Source: Rubripirellula sp.
GTDB lineage: Bacteria; Planctomycetota; Planctomycetia; Pirellulales; Pirellulaceae
DNA length: 64,000 bases
Direction of reading: 5' to 3'
Assembly (NCBI GenBank): GCA_012270065.1
Contig: JAAXJB010000118.1
Span: 7,983 to 71,982, forward strand
Shown here: piece by piece, positions 42,837-52,213 of the stretch
Numbering within the stretch: the first letter of the stretch is position 1
How the letters are laid out: every line of letters begins with the position of its first letter
Position numbers and translations under genes: made by a program
The notes under the pieces: model-generated
The model's input: only the letters and a program-made list of their open reading frames with translations
Told to the model about the DNA's origin: nothing
Database searches by the model: none

Positions 42837-43093
42837 CAGACAGCTTGAAAACGGGCGTAGATGAAGCACAAAACAAGTCTTCTCCAGTGTAACCCATGTC
42901 CCGCCGGAGTAACCCAGATACAACCCGAGCCTTCAAAAAGGCTGCGTGACTGCATTCGCAAGGAATTTCTCTGCGAGGCGGCACGAAAAGAACCGCATGT
43001 TTCAGGAAACCAACTGCATTCGAAGACTGTCGAGCCTGATCGTGATTCCTCGTTGGTCCATCAGGACAACATTCCTGCCAACCGTGTCCGGTC

Positions 43094-43402
43094 TTACCGA
43101 ATCAGGGAATCCAGCACCTGGACACTGGCCCAGCCATCTTTGTTTTCTTCGATGAACTGTAAATGTCGTTCAGCCGTCTGGTAACGGTCATGGGCCGCGC
43201 GATCCGCAAAAATACAGTGCAAGGAAACATCAAAGTCCTGATTGACTTCCCGATCGAGTTCCCGGTCCCGCGTGCCTACCGAGAAACCCACCAAGCCCTC
43301 GTGATTGTCGAGATACTTGTTGCAAGCATCCAACAGCTTCTGGGCAGCCTCATCGCTGCGGTCCTTGAGAGTAAAGTAGACATGATGAGCGAGTTGCGGC
43401 AT
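43094..43402 (-). CDS. Dabb family (stress-responsive A/B barrel) protein
   Basis: H.VYFTLKD, FDVSLH..F.DRAAHDRYQTAERHLQF. Confidence 0.85.
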   Translation of the reverse strand: MPQLAHHVYFTLKDRSDEAAQKLLDACNKYLDNHEGLVGFSVGTRDRELDREVNQDFDVSLHCIFADRAAHDRYQTAERHLQFIEENKDGWASVQVLDSLIR

Positions 43403-43851
43403 TCGTCAGGTTCCTTGAGGGGGTAATGAATCACAAACAGTTCGCCCCTAAGCATGCTCAATGCTCGTGCACCTGACAACAACCCCTCCTATCACGCACG
43501 TCCTTGAACACCGCCGAATGCCATGAAACGGTCGCCCGGTTCAGGCTACCTTCGCAGCGCAGCTACCCGCGCACGACCACCACCCACCTGGCGAAACACG
43601 CTCACTGTCCGTGACCACACAACAGCACGCTGGGACGACCAGAGCAGGGGATGGGCAACCGGAAAAAACATGCCAAATCATCTGGGAGTGACCCATGATG
43701 ACTTCGCAATTTCCAGCACCGACCGACCAAAAACAGATTCCCCGCAACATCATGGCACGCCGCCGGTTTGCTCAGCCAATACGCTGAATGCAACACCAAC
43801 ATGGTCCCTTCGCAGGTCCGTCCACACCCAGCGCAGGTCACGTTCTCTGCC

Positions 43852-44670
43852 TTACTTCACGTCTCTCTCTTTGAAACTGAAATTCTTGCTTTGCGAGAAG
43901 AACGCGATGGGATTGTCGTAGACGACTTTGCGGGTCAGGGACTCGTCATTACCCCTTCTTCGCATCTCAAAAATCAGATCAGGCACTGCAGTTGGTTTAC
44001 TCGGCCCCCAGTCACCAGCTGAATTTGCCAGCAGGCGCTCGCCACCGAATTTTTCAATCATATCCGCGGCCCGATCCGGCGTACATTTGGTGACGGGATA
44101 CAGAGTCATCCCTGCCCAGAATCCGCGATCAAGAACCTCAGCAACGGTGTGTTCTTCAACGTGGTCAACCAGAACACGCGACGGGTCGATACGCGAGTCA
44201 TCACACAGCATGTCCAGAATCATCCGTGTCCCCTGATATTTATCAGCAAGATGAGGCGTATGAATCAGGATCTGCTGATCATGCTTGATTGCCAACTCCA
44301 AATGTTCCAGGAAGACGGTTGCTTCGTTGCGTGTATTTTTATTGAGCCCTATCTCACCGATACCCAGAACATTGGGACAATCGAGGAATTCTGGAATCAT
44401 GGCAATCACCTCACGCGACAGAGAGACATTTTCTGCCTCCTTCGCGTTGATGCATAACCAGGTGAAGTGCTGAATGCCGTACTGCGCGGCCCGATTGGGC
44501 TCGATCTCGGTCAATTGATGAAAATAATCGCGGAAGCCATCAACACTTCTACGATCAAAACCTGCCCAAAAGGCAGGTTCACTCATCGCGACGCATCCCA
44601 TGCGGGCAAGTGTCGCATAGTCATCAGTCGTCCTCGAAACCATGTGGATGTGAGGGTCGATGTAGTCCAT
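43852..44670 (-). CDS. TatD-related metallohydrolase (EboB-like)
   Basis: [47 protein letters not shown]. Confidence 0.85.
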   Translation of the reverse strand: MDYIDPHIHMVSRTTDDYATLARMGCVAMSEPAFWAGFDRRSVDGFRDYFHQLTEIEPNRAAQYGIQHFTWLCINAKEAENVSLSREVIAMIPEFLDCPNVLGIGEIGLNKNTRNEATVFLEHLELAIKHDQQILIHTPHLADKYQGTRMILDMLCDDSRIDPSRVLVDHVEEHTVAEVLDRGFWAGMTLYPVTKCTPDRAADMIEKFGGERLLANSAGDWGPSKPTAVPDLIFEMRRRGNDESLTRKVVYDNPIAFFSQSKNFSFKERDVK

Positions 44671-44850
44671 GAAAATCCAAGTTCAAATCAATAGAAAAAA
44701 GCGGGTGGCAGTGTATCGACGCAAGGTAAGTCAGACATCGCATGTTGCGTTGAATCCGCCGTGTCCTTTTCCAGCTTCCTGCCTATGGAAACAAGATGAT
44801 GAAACCGCGGTTCTGCAAGCGAGCATCCAAAATGGCTCTGCCCAGAGTGA

Positions 44851-45111
44851 CTAAAGATCCATCTCCTGTCGCCAATTCGATTCGTATTCCCGCGAAAACA
44901 GTTTCTGCAACCTCTCTGCCCGATCGGCCCCATTATCCAACAAAATTCGGATGGCGGTATCAAGTTGTGCCCGCTGCTCCTCTGCGTCTGCCGAGAGGGC
45001 ATCTCCAGCACTACCAGAGCGTTCAATCCGATCCAGAGTCGCAGCTACTTCGAGAAGTTTGGCACGCACTTCCAGAAAAGATTCCGAAAGGATTTGGCTT
45101 GCTGGTCGCAT
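44851..45111 (-). CDS. Small helical hypothetical protein
   Basis: 86 aa, protein-like composition (FLEVRAKLLEVAATLDRI, RAERLQKLFSREY..NW), co-oriented upstream of the TatD gene. Confidence 0.7.
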   Translation of the reverse strand: MRPASQILSESFLEVRAKLLEVAATLDRIERSGSAGDALSADAEEQRAQLDTAIRILLDNGADRAERLQKLFSREYESNWRQEMDL

Positions 45112-45479
45112 GTCGGCTGCTGCTGAATACAGGGGTATAAGAGTTCACTAAGCCCAATCTTGAGGGCCTTCAGTATAGAGAGATTCGCAGGCGTTCCCAG
45201 CATCCCGGCTGACCAATCAGCTGCTGAAATCGCGAGGCAGCCCCCCTCCACAGGACTAAAGCCGTAAGATTATCGGGATGAACGGAGCCAATGGTAGGGG
45301 TTCTACAACTTGTAGGATCGGCGGATGAATAATGGCAAAAAGAGCAAAACCTAATCAAAAGTTTGGCCAAACGGGCCCCCCGGCGCGAGCTACCGTTCAC
45401 TAGACGATTATCCCGGAAAACGCTGGGATTTTCCCACTCGAGAACAACCAACGCACCCAATTCACGAAACGCCGGCCCC

Positions 45480-47021
45480 ATGTACGGTCAGGAACTCACC
45501 TTTGCCGTCCTCAGTCGCACGCGGAATGAAGCCGCTGTTGACGTGTTGCTGGCATGTCTGGACAGTGAGTTAGGTGAACATCGTGACATGGCGCTCAACA
45601 CACTGCTGCAACGCCGAGAAGACAGGGTTCCAGCAAAACTGCTGACACGATGGCAGCAGCTGACTCCTTCTGATCACCTGCTTCTGAAAACCCGCAGGAA
45701 CTGGTTTGAACCAGCTGTATCGCAGGCCCTGAAGCATCGAGGCTCCAACACGTTCACAGCGATTGCCGCTGCGGAATCACTGGAACTTGCCAAGTTCATC
45801 CCGATGCTCGTTGACCTGGCGGAAACTGGAGAAACCAAAGAAATTCAACAACGTGCTACCACTGCGTCCTTGAAACTTTCGCATATCCTGGGTGGACGAG
45901 CGAGATGCGACCGCGATGCTCCTACGCTTCGCAACCCGGCACTGGAACGCTTACGCAAATCGCTCGACAACTTCAATCAGCACGGCAACGTACTACTGAC
46001 GGATGCCTTTCTTGTGGGATCGATTTGGGGTGATACTGAATTCCGCAAAGCGATGAGCGAAGAGGGCCCCATTCGGGATCTGATTCTGGAGCGTTTCATG
46101 GAATCCAACCACATCGGCGTGTTGGATCTTCTGGCAGGCTCGATCAAACGGCGTCAGATGGATGAGCACGTTACCGCACTGGTTCGCCAACGCAATGACC
46201 ACGCTTTCCGAAGTGTGCTACTCAACGCGGTCACACCAGACCCATCGTCCATGGTTCTGAAGAACCTCGCCAATCTGGGGATGCCCGCCTGTTGTCGGGG
46301 TGACGAATCTCTCCTCAACAAGATTCACCAGAATCAGACGCCAGCATTGCTGCATGTGCATGCCACCTGCAGCCCCAACCCGATCCAGACCTTGCATCTG
46401 ATCGCTTCGGTTGCAGAGCAAAAAAACCCTGCCTACGATTCGGTTGTCTGTTTTGCCTTGTCTCAGTGTCCTTTGCCAGATGCTGAACTGATTGTCCGCG
46501 CGGCCCTGCATGTTGCGGAAGACGTAGAGTCAAAAAGCACGCATGACCACGCACGTCTTCTCAATCGGCTGATTGCGTTGCTCGATCACAAGGATGAAAA
46601 CATTGTTCGTGGAATCCAGCGAATCATCCAACCGCTGCATGCTGAATCGATGATGCATCGCTTTCAGAATCTCCGCCCCCGCAGCCGCAGGATTTTGGGG
46701 CGAGTGGTGATGATGGTTGACCCTAATGCTCTGCAATATGTATCCGATGCAATCCGGCACCCGGTACTGAAAACCCGCTTGGCGGCGATTGCCATGGCAG
46801 ATGCGCTGGCCGCAGTCGACTTGCTCTCTCATTCATTCGAGCACATTGCCCGGGAAGACCATCTCGAAGCCCGCATCAGCGCTGCCGAGGTGATGGGCAA
46901 CGCACAGGGCGAAGCGACACTGAATGTTTTGAAAAAGATGTCAGAACTGCCGGGATGCCCTGTACGCGACATTGCAATCAAGGCAATTCAAAAACGCACG
47001 ACAGATGCCATGATCCCCTAG
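45480..47021 (+). CDS. HEAT-repeat-like alpha-solenoid protein
   Basis: Leu/Ala/Arg-rich helical repeats (RLAAIAMADAL, ARISAAEVMG, VRDIAIKAI); ATG 45480. Confidence 0.7.
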   Translation: MYGQELTFAVLSRTRNEAAVDVLLACLDSELGEHRDMALNTLLQRREDRVPAKLLTRWQQLTPSDHLLLKTRRNWFEPAVSQALKHRGSNTFTAIAAAESLELAKFIPMLVDLAETGETKEIQQRATTASLKLSHILGGRARCDRDAPTLRNPALERLRKSLDNFNQHGNVLLTDAFLVGSIWGDTEFRKAMSEEGPIRDLILERFMESNHIGVLDLLAGSIKRRQMDEHVTALVRQRNDHAFRSVLLNAVTPDPSSMVLKNLANLGMPACCRGDESLLNKIHQNQTPALLHVHATCSPNPIQTLHLIASVAEQKNPAYDSVVCFALSQCPLPDAELIVRAALHVAEDVESKSTHDHARLLNRLIALLDHKDENIVRGIQRIIQPLHAESMMHRFQNLRPRSRRILGRVVMMVDPNALQYVSDAIRHPVLKTRLAAIAMADALAAVDLLSHSFEHIAREDHLEARISAAEVMGNAQGEATLNVLKKMSELPGCPVRDIAIKAIQKRTTDAMIP

Positions 47022-47040
47022 TTTCCAGAAGTAGCTCCTG

Positions 47041-47472
47041 ATGTTCTTTTCCATTCAACAATTGCTCGCTGAAACATCGGTCTCCGATTTGAGCATGGCG
47101 TACAAAGAGAAAATCGAAACGGAAAGTGTCCACGGCCTCTGGTTTTTACTGATCCCCGTGGTCGTCGTCGGAATCGCAATGCTTTGCTACAAGATTGCCG
47201 ACCGCGCTCCGATGGCAGTCAATACACCAACCCTGATTCTTCACGAATTGTGCCGTGCTCATGGCCTGAATGCGAGCTGCCGTCGCCTGTTGGAAAGGAT
47301 CGCAGATGAGGCGCAACTCGAGCAACCCGCCACCATGTTCCTCGGCCCACAGCACTTCGAATCAGCAGTTGCGAAGGCGGAAAAGAACATCAAGTATGAC
47401 CAAAGACATCAAACCATGCTCGGCATGCTCAGGCGAACTCTCTTCGTCGACCAGCATGCCAGCCTCTCCTGA
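47041..47472 (+). CDS. Hypothetical single-TM protein
   Basis: One hydrophobic helix; LHELCRAHGL..QPATMFLGP..F; starts 19 nt after the HEAT gene. Confidence 0.7.
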   Translation: MFFSIQQLLAETSVSDLSMAYKEKIETESVHGLWFLLIPVVVVGIAMLCYKIADRAPMAVNTPTLILHELCRAHGLNASCRRLLERIADEAQLEQPATMFLGPQHFESAVAKAEKNIKYDQRHQTMLGMLRRTLFVDQHASLS

Positions 47473-47696
47473 ATCCCGGCAAGTCACTTGAACGGCAACG
47501 TGCCGTGCTGTCGCACGAGGCAAACTTGTCCTGAAACTCATGCCACTGAAAACTCAACCACGCTTGATGTTCGACTCTCCCGTCAGGGATGGCGATTGAT
47601 TCTCAGCAAACGCTGACCAGTCTCCTCCACCACATCAGATCTCTCCGCACAAGCACGCAGAGCTACTGAACCTCGACGGCAAGCCTTTGCGACTGG

Positions 47697-47777
47697 AAAA
47701 CTCCGCTGTACAGAAACTCTGCTGTACAGAAACTCTGCTGTACAGAAACTCTGCTGTACAGAAACTCTGCTGTACAG
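47697..47777. repeat. Intergenic tandem repeat, 16 bp x 5 (GAAACTCTGCTGTACA)
   Basis: Four perfect units at 47713-47776 plus one variant at 47697; the palindrome CTGTACAG recurs at every junction. Confidence 0.95.
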
Positions 47778-48047
47778 CGATTCCATTGCACCGAGCCTGC
47801 ACCTCAGCACCACATTCAAACGAGATTGGCAGTATCTACTGCCGATCTGTAACACTCGTGAAGCTGCAAAGTATTCATGTGCGCGATGCAGATGTACCGA
47901 TGAGTCATGAGGCGGCTTACCTGGCCCCGTCCCATGAAGTTCAGCTGACAACCGAACGCCATGCCAAGAGCGGTTCGCATCCAAATCGCCACAGGATGGG
48001 ACACCACCCATACGAATCATCTGTACCGTGCACAAGGACAAAGCAAG

Positions 48048-48956
48048 ATGGATGAAATAGTGCTACCGAAAGTAAAACTGGGACGTACTGGACTGAATGT
48101 CACCTGCCTGGGCTACGGCAGCATGGGAATTCGCGGTCCCAGAACATGGGGTGTGCGCACCGTTGATGACCAGCAGGCCGAAAAAATTCTGAACTCGGTT
48201 TTGGACATGGGCATCAACTTCATCGACACGTCCCCTGATTACGGCATCAGTGAGCAGCGAATAGGCCAATTTCTCTCGAATCGGCGTGAAGAGTTCTATT
48301 TGGCAACGAAATGTGGATGCGTCTACACGCAACACAAGGACCATCTTGAGATCAATCACGAATGGCGACCTGAGGTGATCGAAAAAAACCTTCACGAAAG
48401 CCTCGAACGCCTGCAAACAGGTCATATCGACCTCCTGCAATTCCATGGTGGCGACGCCGAGACACTCGAGCGCGCCGGTCTGCTCTCGCAGCTACAGGGT
48501 TTCCGCACTCAGGGGCTGATTCGTCACATTGGTGTATCCAGCAAAATCCCGCATCTGGCCGGCCTGATCGATCTGGAATTCTTTGATACCTTCCAGATTC
48601 CCTATTCCTGCCTTGCTCCCGAACACAATGATCTGATCACCCGCGCAGGAGAATCGGGAGCGGGGGTCATCATCCGGGGTGGCATTGCCCATGGCGGCCC
48701 GGATGCTGAAATCCAGAGACCTGCCCTGAACGATGTCTGGACGCGTGCGAAACTGGACGAGATCATCCCCAAAGGCATGTCACGTGCAGAATTGATTCTC
48801 CGCCACACACTCTCACACCCTCATTGCCACACTACGATTGTGGGAACTTGCAACCAACAACATCTGGTAGAAAATGCGACGGCGTGTCGGCTTGGCCCAC
48901 TACCGGATCCGATCTGCCGTGAGATCACCGCACGAATTGAAAAAGTGACCAACTGA
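48048..48956 (+). CDS. Aldo/keto reductase
   Basis: LGRTGLNVTCLGYG, FIDTSPDYG, LATKCG, SLERLQTGHIDLLQFH (D-Y-K-H tetrad); ATG 48048. Confidence 0.93.
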   Translation: MDEIVLPKVKLGRTGLNVTCLGYGSMGIRGPRTWGVRTVDDQQAEKILNSVLDMGINFIDTSPDYGISEQRIGQFLSNRREEFYLATKCGCVYTQHKDHLEINHEWRPEVIEKNLHESLERLQTGHIDLLQFHGGDAETLERAGLLSQLQGFRTQGLIRHIGVSSKIPHLAGLIDLEFFDTFQIPYSCLAPEHNDLITRAGESGAGVIIRGGIAHGGPDAEIQRPALNDVWTRAKLDEIIPKGMSRAELILRHTLSHPHCHTTIVGTCNQQHLVENATACRLGPLPDPICREITARIEKVTN

Positions 48957-49006
48957 ACTGGCCGGCAGTCAGCCCGCTTGAAAGCGTAAGGCACCAGTTA
49001 CTCAGT

Positions 49007-49092
49007 CACCATGCGGTTGCTCGGGCACCATGCGGTTGCTCGGGCACCAAACGGTTGTTCGGGCGTGAGGCGGTTGTTTGGGCGCGAGGCGG
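49007..49092. repeat. Intergenic tandem repeat, 19 bp x ~4.5 (CACCATGCGGTTGCTCGGG)
   Basis: Two perfect units (49007, 49026), then progressively diverged units at 49045, 49064 and 49083. Confidence 0.9.
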
Positions 49093-49228
49093 TAACAATG
49101 AACTTTCCGGATACGGGACACGTGCGAGGATCCTGCCCGGAGCGTCTTCCGTCATCGCCAGTGATGATCGTTGCAGAACACCATCAAACCGATTCCTACT
49201 GCTGTTGTAGCAGCAGATTGCGTGATCA

Positions 49229-51892
49229 TCAGGCCTTCTCTCGATTCCCTTCGGATTCGAACGTATCCTGTACCTGCTGATAATTAGCAAGCATCATTTC
49301 CAACTGGGCTTTCAGTCCCTCAAGATCACGTCCATTGTCCAGTGATTCCTCAAGCAAAGGCCGGAGCCATTCCTGCATCAGATGAAACTGACCTTTGACC
49401 AGATCTGCCAGCACACGTGGCACCTTGTGCTGCACCAACACCTTTTGCTCGGGCGGTGATAAGGCACGCTGCTCGCTGATTTCTTCCAAACGTTCGCTGG
49501 TGGCTTGGAGCTTCTCAACCAACTGGGTTCCCGTTGCAGTCATGCTCTGTCGAAGTGCATCCATTCGAGCGTCCATGCGTTCTTCCGAACCGTCATCAGA
49601 CGTTGCGATCGCGCGTGAAATGACCTGCCGTATGGATTCCAGGCCATCCCGCATTGATGCCAGTTGTCGCATCAACTGCCCAGCCTGATCCTCGCTGTCC
49701 ATTCCAGCCATGCGCACACTTTCGACAAAGGCATACTTGATTCCATCCCAGCGTTCTTTTTCCTCTGGAGTAAGAATCCCCATCAGTTCTTTGAACTTCA
49801 GGACATTGGCCTCATTGTCGGTGGTTAGCGTCTGCGCATCCTGCTCATAATTACTGACAATCAAAGCCTGCAGTTCCGCCTCGTTCATGACCGCAGCAAC
49901 CCGTTCGGCCATACGGTTCATATTTCGATAACTTCCCTGCAGTTTGAATGGAGGCTCCGTGCGATAGGAATCCGCCTGCGCGGCACTGCGAATGTAGGCT
50001 CGATTGACACGCAGGACGACATCACGGACTCGCAGCAGCTTTCGCATGACCTCGTACATCTCACGTACTTGATCCATGGAAACGTTACTCTGCAGTTCAA
50101 TCCCCTCCAGTGAATCACGTTCAGCTGCAAGAATCACCGCCCGCGCATCTTCTGGCGGCGCCGTTCCCAACGGTGCGAGTGTGCGATTGCTGGTCAAGCA
50201 GTTTTCAAGGTAACTCATCTCAAACGCTTCGGATGAATCGCCGATAATCTCACCGAGATTATAAACGTCCGCACGGTTGGAAAGCATGTCAGGCACCTGA
50301 AAGCGATCTCCGCTTTCCGTGTAAGGGTTGCCCGCCATGACCACTGCAACGCGTCGACCTCGCAGATCATATGTTCTTGTCCGACCGTTCCGAACACCCT
50401 CAATCTTCCGGGTAGCATCACAGAGAGAGATGAACTTCTGCAGCAATTCCGGATTTGTATGCTGAATATCATCCAGATACAGCATCACGTTATCACCCAT
50501 TTCGAGGGCGAGGTTGAGGCGTTCAATTTCTTCGCGGGCAGCAGCGTTGGGAGCTTCGGAAGGATCCAGTGAAGTCACACCATGACCGATCGCAGGGCCA
50601 TTGATCTTCATGAAAACAATCCCAAGGCGATTCGCCACATATTCCATCAACGTGGTCTTGCCGTAACCCGGTGGAGAGATGAGAAGCAGCAATCCCATAC
50701 GATCGGTCCGCTTGTCTTCACCCGCCGATCCCATCTGTTTGGCAAGGTTGTCTCCAATCAGAGGCAAATAGACCTCATCAAGAAGACGATTCCGGACAAA
50801 ACTGGTAAGGACGCGTGGCTTGAACTCATCAAGCCGCATGTCTTCACGCGCTTGATCAACAACGCGCGCCTTGGTCTCATGCAATCCCCGGAAACGGGGC
50901 ACTACATCGAGACAATAGCCTCGAACGCGATCAAGCATCTCGTGATAATGCAAAGCCATACGGCCTTCGTGAATCCGAGGATGATTTCCAGCCATGTCCT
51001 CCAACTCGACCGCAACTTTTGCCTCAACGCGTTTCATGCTCCCGGCGCCACCCTGAAGAACAACCCACGCCAGTTCATCACGGTAACCTGAGGCCGGATC
51101 AACATCATCAGTCTTTTCATGGCTCTTCAGGAATGCATCCACCCAGTTTCGAGCAAGGATGAATCCACGCACGGGATCAGACTCGGCCTTGAGCACCGTT
51201 GAAAGCAACTTGGTGCGGTCCGAGTCTGGTACCGCAGCTACAAACTCGTCATACAAAGCAACTGCCTGCTGACTGACCACCACCTTTTTGGGAGCATGTG
51301 TCAACTCGTCAAACAGATAGTTCGCGATTGCCGAGGACGTGATGTGTGCAGGGAACAGGGCTCCCCAAAGATCACGTTGCCCCTCACACAATTCAGTCAA
51401 ACGCTGACGGAATTCAACCGCCGGCCGTGCTCCTGGATAGGCTTGTGCAAGCTTGGCAAAACCGCCAATCCAGTCAGTCATGACCTTGCGTGATTTAGCG
51501 TCCAGTAACTTCTGGAACCACAACAATGCGGCTGCCCGGATGCTGGGGGCATGACGCAACAGACCAATCGACGAATCGATTTCCAGCAGCCCTGAGAGGA
51601 TGGCAAACGCATCATGGTCATGCACGCCCTTGGCATAGCCCTCATCAAATCGAGTTCCCATCTGTTTCTGGATCCAGGCGACATCCACACTGGAGGCATC
51701 TCCAGCAGCCCCGCTTTGTTTCAATTCGTCAAACAGTTGTGTTGCCAGAAACTCAGCGCGATAAACGGCTGAATCCTCACTCACCAATTCCTGGTTCCAC
51801 AGATCTTTTGAGGCCACCAAGGCCTCATCACTGAGTGTTTCGAAAAACTGTGTTCCTGTCAGATGAAGGCACATTTCCCCTTCACGAAGCAC
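49229..51892 (-). CDS. C-terminal fragment of the large ATPase (AAA+ module)
   Basis: Walker A LLLISPPGYGKTT, Walker B MLYLDDIQH, VVMAGNPY, PDMLSNRAD, EPPFKLQGSYRNMN; C-terminal coiled coil. Confidence 0.75.
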   Translation of the reverse strand: MLREGEMCLHLTGTQFFETLSDEALVASKDLWNQELVSEDSAVYRAEFLATQLFDELKQSGAAGDASSVDVAWIQKQMGTRFDEGYAKGVHDHDAFAILSGLLEIDSSIGLLRHAPSIRAAALLWFQKLLDAKSRKVMTDWIGGFAKLAQAYPGARPAVEFRQRLTELCEGQRDLWGALFPAHITSSAIANYLFDELTHAPKKVVVSQQAVALYDEFVAAVPDSDRTKLLSTVLKAESDPVRGFILARNWVDAFLKSHEKTDDVDPASGYRDELAWVVLQGGAGSMKRVEAKVAVELEDMAGNHPRIHEGRMALHYHEMLDRVRGYCLDVVPRFRGLHETKARVVDQAREDMRLDEFKPRVLTSFVRNRLLDEVYLPLIGDNLAKQMGSAGEDKRTDRMGLLLLISPPGYGKTTLMEYVANRLGIVFMKINGPAIGHGVTSLDPSEAPNAAAREEIERLNLALEMGDNVMLYLDDIQHTNPELLQKFISLCDATRKIEGVRNGRTRTYDLRGRRVAVVMAGNPYTESGDRFQVPDMLSNRADVYNLGEIIGDSSEAFEMSYLENCLTSNRTLAPLGTAPPEDARAVILAAERDSLEGIELQSNVSMDQVREMYEVMRKLLRVRDVVLRVNRAYIRSAAQADSYRTEPPFKLQGSYRNMNRMAERVAAVMNEAELQALIVSNYEQDAQTLTTDNEANVLKFKELMGILTPEEKERWDGIKYAFVESVRMAGMDSEDQAGQLMRQLASMRDGLESIRQVISRAIATSDDGSEERMDARMDALRQSMTATGTQLVEKLQATSERLEEISEQRALSPPEQKVLVQHKVPRVLADLVKGQFHLMQEWLRPLLEESLDNGRDLEGLKAQLEMMLANYQQVQDTFESEGNREKA

Positions 51893-52213
51893 GGTCGTCA
51901 GATCCAGAGGCTGAGTATTGACTGCGAATCGTTGACTGCCGAGCCGGATGATGTCCCCACCATCTTCGTAAAGATCCTAACGATCTTTCAACTGCCGCAC
52001 CGCATCTTCACGAATGGTCTTCAATCTGCTTTGAAGATCCTCGACACGAATGGCATCCTCAAGTTCCCCCAATTGCTCGATGATGTCGCGTACTTTCTCG
52101 ACCATCAGATCACCCGCGAAGTACGCGGCTATTTCGTCGGTCGACTCCATTTTATTGACGCGAGAATTGATACCTTTCAGAATCCGCCCCGCTGCCGACG
52201 CTAATGATTCAGA

